Assembly: GCA_002450755.1 (NCBI GenBank)
Contig: DKAI01000098.1
Coordinates: 1-39,173, forward strand
Source: Deltaproteobacteria bacterium UBA6930
GTDB lineage: Bacteria > Myxococcota_A > UBA9160 > UBA6930
Length of the DNA stretch: 39,173 bases
Direction: 5' to 3'
Shown: piece after piece, positions 34,303 to 39,173 of the stretch
Layout: the number at the start of each line of letters is the position of its first letter
Position numbering within the stretch: the first letter of the stretch is position 1
Translations under genes and position numbers: made by a program
The notes under the pieces: generated by a model
Databases searched by the model: none
What the model was told of the DNA's origin: nothing
What the model saw: the letters and a program-made list of their open reading frames with translations, nothing else

Positions 34303-35166
34303 ATGCCAAGAACCTGCTTCTTTCATGCGGGCTGCCCTGATGGATTTGGAGCAGCCTGGGCAGTTCGCCACACTTGGGGCGGGAGTGCTGCCTATGTCGC
34401 ACGTGGGCACAACGATCGCATAAAACCAGGGAGGCTGATCGGGCACGAAATCGCATTCGTCGATATCGCTCCTTCTCTTGAGGAACTTGAACACCTCGTG
34501 ACAGAGTCCGCCCTACTACACATCGTAGACCATCACATTACCGCCAAAACTCGTATAGAGTCTTCGGACTTCATCATACAGTCTCTCCAATCTCAAAATC
34601 ATCAAATCACACTCGACCTAGAACACTCGGGGGCAGTTCTCGCCTGGAAACACTTTTTGCCTGACAAACCGGTTCCGGACCTCCTCCTCTATATCGAGGA
34701 TCAAGACCTTTGGAGGTTCGATCTTGATTTTTCGAGGGAAATCAACGCAGCCCTCTCAACCTACGCATTCGATTTCGACCTATGGGATAAGTTGGCGACA
34801 AAAGGTGTTTTCTCCCTCATCTCAAAAGGGCAAGAAGTTGTCCTCGAGCAGACGAAGAAAATCGACGAATCTCTAAAAAACTCTCACAAAGTAAAATTGG
34901 GAGACGAGCTCATAGAAGCCGTAAATTCTTCCGCATTAAGAGCCTGGATCGGGCACAAACTCGCACTGCGCGCCAAGTATTCTTTGCCGTACGGACTAGT
35001 TTACGAACTCCGAAAAGGCCGGATAGAGGCCTCGATTTATTCGATCGGAGATCTCGACGTCAGCGAGCTTGCGGTGGAGCGCGGTGGCGGTGGACATAAA
35101 AATGCCTCAGGTTTCAGCGTTTCCCTCACTGATTGGCGTCGCTTATATTTGGACACAGAAAATTAA
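34303..35166 (+). CDS. DHH/DHHA1-family phosphoesterase
   Basis: N-terminal FFHAGCPDGFGAA (motif I variant), IVDHH (DHH motif) and C-terminal GGGHKNASGF (DHHA1 motif). Confidence 0.8.
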   Translation: MPRTCFFHAGCPDGFGAAWAVRHTWGGSAAYVARGHNDRIKPGRLIGHEIAFVDIAPSLEELEHLVTESALLHIVDHHITAKTRIESSDFIIQSLQSQNHQITLDLEHSGAVLAWKHFLPDKPVPDLLLYIEDQDLWRFDLDFSREINAALSTYAFDFDLWDKLATKGVFSLISKGQEVVLEQTKKIDESLKNSHKVKLGDELIEAVNSSALRAWIGHKLALRAKYSLPYGLVYELRKGRIEASIYSIGDLDVSELAVERGGGGHKNASGFSVSLTDWRRLYLDTEN

Positions 35167-35168
35167 AG

Positions 35169-35489
35169 TCAGGAGTCGGCTCTACATGCTGGAATAGAGG
35201 TTTTAATACGTAACGCGTGTATCTCTTTGCCCATCTCTTCAGAGAGTGCTTCATATACAAGGCGTTGGGCAGCCAATCGTGTCATTCCTCTAAATTTTTC
35301 GGATTCAATCACAACCGAAAAATGACCCGCTCCGGATTGAGCACCTGCGTGCCCGGCATGTAGGTGGCTCTCATCCACCACCTCGAGGGAAGTTGTCTCC
35401 AATTTCTCCCCTAGCTTGACCTCAATCCGTCGTCTACGGGTTTCACTCAATCCGATAAAACCATCAAAAGTGGAGGCGAAGAACCGCAA
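35169..35489 (-). CDS. bolA: BolA-family protein
   Basis: LEVVDESHLHAGHAG...GHFSVVIESEKFRGMTRLAAQRLVYEAL is the BolA pattern. The start is uncertain: TTG at 35489 overlaps frdD by 26 nt, and TTG at 35450 is an alternative. Confidence 0.82.
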   Translation of the reverse strand: MRFFASTFDGFIGLSETRRRRIEVKLGEKLETTSLEVVDESHLHAGHAGAQSGAGHFSVVIESEKFRGMTRLAAQRLVYEALSEEMGKEIHALRIKTSIPACRADS

Positions 35490-35829
35490 TAATGGCCAAT
35501 GCTGACCCTACAGCGGCCGAGCCGTAGCAAACCAGTCCCACGAAACCGTCCCTCTCTAATCCTCCAAAATCTATAAAAATGTGCCGAACATGATGTGCTG
35601 CAGCCCAAAGAGGAAGCGAGATAGTTGCAGCAATCAGAACACTTCCTGGAATAGAGCTGGCCAAACCCAGGACTCTCTCGTAGGAGAGCCCTTCAATCGG
35701 TGTAATGCCTAGCGGTGCAGTAAACCCGATCACAAGTAAATAGGCCGGGTATAAAAAAGCTCCCAGCATCATCCCGCCACCGAACAATTGCCAGATTATA
35801 GGCTCCAGCTTGAGCATTAAAAACTTCAT
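35464..35829 (-). CDS. frdD: Fumarate reductase membrane anchor subunit D
   Basis: EPIIWQLFGGGMM and LSYERVL align with E. coli FrdD (EPVFWGLFGAGGM, LSYERVL). Three hydrophobic helices and a matching size of 121 aa. Confidence 0.85.
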   Translation of the reverse strand: MKFLMLKLEPIIWQLFGGGMMLGAFLYPAYLLVIGFTAPLGITPIEGLSYERVLGLASSIPGSVLIAATISLPLWAAAHHVRHIFIDFGGLERDGFVGLVCYGSAAVGSALAIIAVLRLHF

Positions 35830-35857
35830 ATCATTGCCTCCAACGCAATTTTACCTC

Positions 35858-36301
35858 TCATAGTAAAACTCCTGACAGCACTGCAATCACCAGCAGAGAA
35901 ACTGCAAGGAAACCACCATTGAGTGCGACGAGGAAGAAGATGTCCGGAGGTCGCTTAAATCGCCCAATGTTTGGAGGCTGCGTTTTTGGAAAAAGTCCAA
36001 AAAAACGTAGAGCAAACCAGGTCAGACTAATTACGCAAAACACGTGGAATAGAATGTAAACTGGATTCTGAAAGCCCTCGATAAGCCTGTCCCACTCCCG
36101 TTCTCCGCTTCCAAGCGCCCAAATTGTTCTTAACATTAGAAAACCAACAGCATAAAGAACAAAACCGCAAAGGCCGAACGTTATATAACCAAGGTAATTT
36201 CCTCGGCCTGGAAAGTTGTCGGGCATCCTCGGAGGAGCAGTCCGAGTAGGACCTGGTGTAGATGGCTTCATCGAATCAACACGGGCTCGTCTAGTCATCA
36301 T
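35858..36301 (-). CDS. frdC: Fumarate reductase membrane anchor subunit C
   Basis: Position between frdB and frdD, three hydrophobic helices, and FQNPV block as in E. coli FrdC (FLQNPV). It has an N-terminal extension; an internal Met (MKPST...) is an alternative start. Confidence 0.75.
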   Translation of the reverse strand: MMTRRARVDSMKPSTPGPTRTAPPRMPDNFPGRGNYLGYITFGLCGFVLYAVGFLMLRTIWALGSGEREWDRLIEGFQNPVYILFHVFCVISLTWFALRFFGLFPKTQPPNIGRFKRPPDIFFLVALNGGFLAVSLLVIAVLSGVLL

Positions 36302-36351
36302 TAATCCCTTTGTATAATTGGTGAGCTCTTAGTAAGTTTATTCCGCCCACC

Positions 36352-37098
36352 TCATTTTCCTCCTCGAGGGACGACAAAGGACTTCGCCCAATCAATCACG
36401 TTAAGTAGTTTAGCCTGCTGGATTGCCGCCGACGGATCTACGTTTTTGGGGCAGACCTGGCTGCATTCATTTGCATAGGAGCATGCGAAGACTCCTCCTT
36501 CGTCCCGGAAGATCTCATTTCTTTCCGAAGAGCCCTCATCCCTCGTATCTTGGTTATACCGATGACCCAAAGCTAGCGCTGCAGGTCCTAAGAAATCCGG
36601 CTCGTTGCCCACAACAGGACATGCTGAGTAACAAAGCATGCAATTGATACACATACTAAACTGTTTAAACGCAGCCAGTTCCTCAGGTGACTGAGAAGTT
36701 GGTCCCTCTTCTGCGGCACGCTCTTTAGCGGACATAATCCAGGGCTTGGCGGTCTTCATTTTCTCCATGAAACCCTCGAGCTCAACGACTAGATCGCGAA
36801 TGATTGGAAAATTAGCCAGTGGCGCCACTTCGACAGTATCCTCGTAATCCGAGAGAGCTGTCTTACAAGTGAGCTTCGGCTCTCCATTGACCTGCATTCC
36901 GCAGCTCCCGCAGACTGCCATTCGACAGGACCACCGGTGGGATAGAGAAGGATCCACTTCATCTTTTATGTAATTAAGTGCGTCCAAGACCTTCCAATCA
37001 TCTTGGACCGGTATCTCATAGGCTTCTGTGCGCGGCTCCTCATCCTGATCCGGGTCAAAGCGTGTAACTTTAACAGTCTTTTTGTTTATTTCATTCAT
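36352..37098 (-). CDS. frdB: Fumarate reductase / succinate dehydrogenase iron-sulfur subunit
   Basis: 2Fe-2S motif SHRWSCRMAVCGSCG, plus CINCMLCYSACP and CSYANECSQVCPK ferredoxin-type motifs. The ATG overlaps the frdA stop (TGATG). Confidence 0.94.
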   Translation of the reverse strand: MNEINKKTVKVTRFDPDQDEEPRTEAYEIPVQDDWKVLDALNYIKDEVDPSLSHRWSCRMAVCGSCGMQVNGEPKLTCKTALSDYEDTVEVAPLANFPIIRDLVVELEGFMEKMKTAKPWIMSAKERAAEEGPTSQSPEELAAFKQFSMCINCMLCYSACPVVGNEPDFLGPAALALGHRYNQDTRDEGSSERNEIFRDEGGVFACSYANECSQVCPKNVDPSAAIQQAKLLNVIDWAKSFVVPRGGK

Positions 37099-38816
37099 CA
37101 GTATTTACGCTCCTCGGGTTCCCAAGTTCCCAGATTCACCGGTTTTTTGCCAAACCTAGGTCCCCCTACATCCCAATGGATAAGGGAGTGATGTAAGTAT
37201 TCCTGATCATTACGATGAGGAAAGTCACTGCAAGCATGTGCGCCCCTCGACTCTTTTCGTTGCTGCGCAGCCATTGCAACGGACTCGGCCACGTCGACCA
37301 TATTGTGGAGCTCAAGAGCGGCGATAAGTTCAGTGTTAAACACCTTGCTGGAGTCCTGCAGACCTAAGTCAGAAACCCTGCCCCTTAACTGTCCCATTTC
37401 TCTCACCGTCTGCGTCATAGAATCCTGATCGCGATAAACGCCACAGCCTCGCTCCATTGTCAGGTTCATTTCGTTTCTAATTTGAGAAATCCGCTCCCCT
37501 CCCTTTTGTCGTCCTCTAAGGCCGTCTAGTCTTTCAATCTCGTCTGCAACCTGGGTTCGCATTCGTGCCTCGTTGCAGTCATCGGTGCCATTTGCATAAT
37601 CCAACGCTGTAGTTCCGGCGCGAGCGCCAAATACCAGACATTCAGTGAGCGAATTCGATCCGAGACGGTTAGCTCCGTTAAGCGATGCGCAAGCGACCTC
37701 GCCCGCCGCATATAAACCCGGCAACGAAGTTGCCGAGGTAATATCGGTATCTACTCCTCCCATCATGTAGTGCACAACGGGTCTTATCGGAATCATCTCG
37801 TGAACAGGGTCCACACCGACATAGGTTCTTCCTAACTCCCTTACAAATGGGAGTTTGCTATCGATCGCCGACTCTCCCACGTGCGTAAGATCAAGATGCA
37901 CGTACTGTCCGTAAGGCCCTTTAAGCGCTCGGCCAGCAGCTATCTCTCCCATTATTGCCCGTGAGATCATATCCCGCGGACCTAGTTCGGCTTTGGCTCC
38001 TACGCCGTAGTCATAATCGACTAAAAATCGCTCACCTAATGAATTTCGGAGATAACCACCTTCGCCTCTCGAGGCTTCCGTTATCAAAATGCCTGTACCA
38101 GGTAAGCCTGTGGGGTGATACTGCACGAACTCCATATCTTTCAAGGCAACCCCAGCGCGATATGCTAGAGCCATTCCATCACCAGTTTTAATCATGCCAT
38201 TTGTAGTGAAGGGGAAACATTTGCCAGCACCACCTGCTCCCAGTATCACGGCCCTTCCCAAAATACAACGGACCACGCCTTCCCTAATTGAGAGCGAAGA
38301 AACTCCGCGGACAGCCCCATCCTCAACCAAAAGTTTTGTTACGAAATTCTCGTCATATCGGACGATGTTCTCGAACTGTAGAGAATGCTGAAAAAGACTA
38401 TGGAGGATATGAAAGCCCACCTTATCTGCCGCGAACCATGTTCGCTTAGTCGTCATACCCCCAAACGCTCGTGTGGCAACACTGCCGTCATTATTTCGAC
38501 TCCACGGGCAGCCCCAATGTTCTAGGCGAGTGAGTTCTTTGGGAGCCTCCTCTACAAAATATTCAATCACGTCTTGATCGCCGAGAAAGTCTGAACCTTT
38601 GACCGTGTCGTATCCATGCATTTCCTGGGAGTCATCTTCACGAGCCACCGCCGCGGCTCCTCCCTCCGCAGAAACCGTATGGCTTCGCATCGGATAGACT
38701 TTAGAAACGAGGGCAATGCTTGCGGAGGGATCCGCTTCGGCAGCCGCAATTGCCGCCCGAAGCCCCGCAGCCCCCGCACCTACGATAACCAGATCATGCT
38801 TTTTGACCTCGATCAC
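37098..38816 (-). CDS. frdA: Fumarate reductase flavoprotein subunit
   Basis: VIVGAGAAGLRAA dinucleotide fold, covalent-FAD histidine block RSHTVSAEGG, HPTG, and ESRGAH near the C-terminus. GTG start with AGGAG 8-9 nt upstream. Confidence 0.94.
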   Translation of the reverse strand: MIEVKKHDLVIVGAGAAGLRAAIAAAEADPSASIALVSKVYPMRSHTVSAEGGAAAVAREDDSQEMHGYDTVKGSDFLGDQDVIEYFVEEAPKELTRLEHWGCPWSRNNDGSVATRAFGGMTTKRTWFAADKVGFHILHSLFQHSLQFENIVRYDENFVTKLLVEDGAVRGVSSLSIREGVVRCILGRAVILGAGGAGKCFPFTTNGMIKTGDGMALAYRAGVALKDMEFVQYHPTGLPGTGILITEASRGEGGYLRNSLGERFLVDYDYGVGAKAELGPRDMISRAIMGEIAAGRALKGPYGQYVHLDLTHVGESAIDSKLPFVRELGRTYVGVDPVHEMIPIRPVVHYMMGGVDTDITSATSLPGLYAAGEVACASLNGANRLGSNSLTECLVFGARAGTTALDYANGTDDCNEARMRTQVADEIERLDGLRGRQKGGERISQIRNEMNLTMERGCGVYRDQDSMTQTVREMGQLRGRVSDLGLQDSSKVFNTELIAALELHNMVDVAESVAMAAQQRKESRGAHACSDFPHRNDQEYLHHSLIHWDVGGPRFGKKPVNLGTWEPEERKY

Positions 38817-39002
38817 GACCGTTCTCCTCTATCTGGAATCTCTTTAAATTTGGCAAGGTCGCCAGGCTGGCCACCCGAGATTCCTGGATGTTTTCGCGTA
38901 AATGTGAAACTCCCTACAAGCGTAGTCCCCTGGTGTACTTAATCAAGCGGTCTCACGAAAGGAAAACTTGCAAGTCTTTGAAGTAATTAAAGAGACAAAT
39001 CT

Positions 39003-39173
39003 TCAGTCCTTGCTATATGAGCCGGATGTACAGACCGGTTCTTGCTGTGTAAGGCAATGTATAGAGCCAAGACCCGCGACCAATGCGCGAGCGGAAATTG
39101 GAATTATCGAGCGGTCTGGGAGCAGGTTCCTGAATATTTCCAAAGCCTCCCCATCGCTTTCGCAGCCGAATAC
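39003..39173 (-). CDS. aguA: Agmatine deiminase-family protein (PAD_porph), C-terminal 56 aa only (rest outside the window)
   Basis: My own translation of the minus strand from base 39173 gives VFGCESDGEALEIFRNLLPDRSIIPISARALVAGLGSIHCLTQQEPVCTSGSYSKD*. GxGSIHCxTQQxP is the catalytic-Cys C-terminal signature of agmatine deiminases. It is absent from the ORF track because it is short and truncated. Confidence 0.7.
   Translation of the reverse strand, partial: VFGCESDGEALEIFRNLLPDRSIIPISARALVAGLGSIHCLTQQEPVCTSGSYSKD

Noticed and set aside
34243-34494. 83-aa and 67-aa minus-strand ORFs upstream of pabB that overlap the DHH gene start.
   Set aside because: They overlap the conserved N-terminal FFHAGCPDG motif region of the DHH phosphoesterase on the other strand, and show no motifs of their own.
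38817-39002. FNR-like (TTGAT-N4-ATCAA) or sigma-54 (GG-N10-GC) sites upstream of frdA.
   Set aside because: There is only a TTGATtaagTACAC half-match for FNR. The TGGC...TTGC elements have the wrong spacing for sigma-54. Neither is convincing by eye.
1-39173. Mobile element, genomic island, CRISPR array or RNA gene anywhere in the window.
   Set aside because: I saw no integrase, transposase or recombinase motifs, no direct-repeat arrays, and no tRNA-like or rRNA-like segments. The few gaps over 100 nt are divergent promoter regions. Lower-GC stretches (about 16.8-18.2 kb and 21.1-27.5 kb, by eye) coincide with membrane or secreted protein genes rather than foreign-looking cargo.

Overview
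The window is densely coding. I count about 33 genes, most junctions are under 60 nt or overlap, and only six gaps exceed 100 nt. It looks like ordinary chromosomal DNA from a Gram-negative-type bacterium that uses Shine-Dalgarno sites and many GTG/TTG starts. GC looks moderate by eye; I did not compute it.

Content is core and accessory metabolism:
- Polyamine genes sit at both edges (speA 5'-truncated, aguA 3' fragment).
- DNA repair: xthA.
- CoA and fatty-acid metabolism: thiolase, NDP-forming acyl-CoA synthetase, LCAD-like acyl-CoA dehydrogenase, CoA-type Nudix.
- Amino-acid and peptide scavenging: AGCS and NSS symporters, M1 aminopeptidase, a membrane alpha/beta hydrolase.
- Other metabolism: dapL, pabB, sucA, an E. 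coli-type frdABCD plus bolA, ettA, a cytoplasmic bis-MGD molybdoenzyme, a CusF-SCO copper lipoprotein, and an AGPS-like flavoenzyme.

I found no rRNA, tRNA, CRISPR array, transposase, integrase, phage gene or recognisable defence gene.

The best candidate for an undescribed system is a translationally coupled pair at 10061-12834. It consists of a RavA/MoxR-like AAA+ ATPase and a paralogue joined by an acidic linker to a MIDAS-complete VWA domain. This is a chelatase I/D-like layout with no client gene visible, and it abuts ettA. The other observations are unusual gene couplings and domain fusions of moderate or low interest. All homology calls rest on motif recognition by eye and need HMM or BLAST confirmation.
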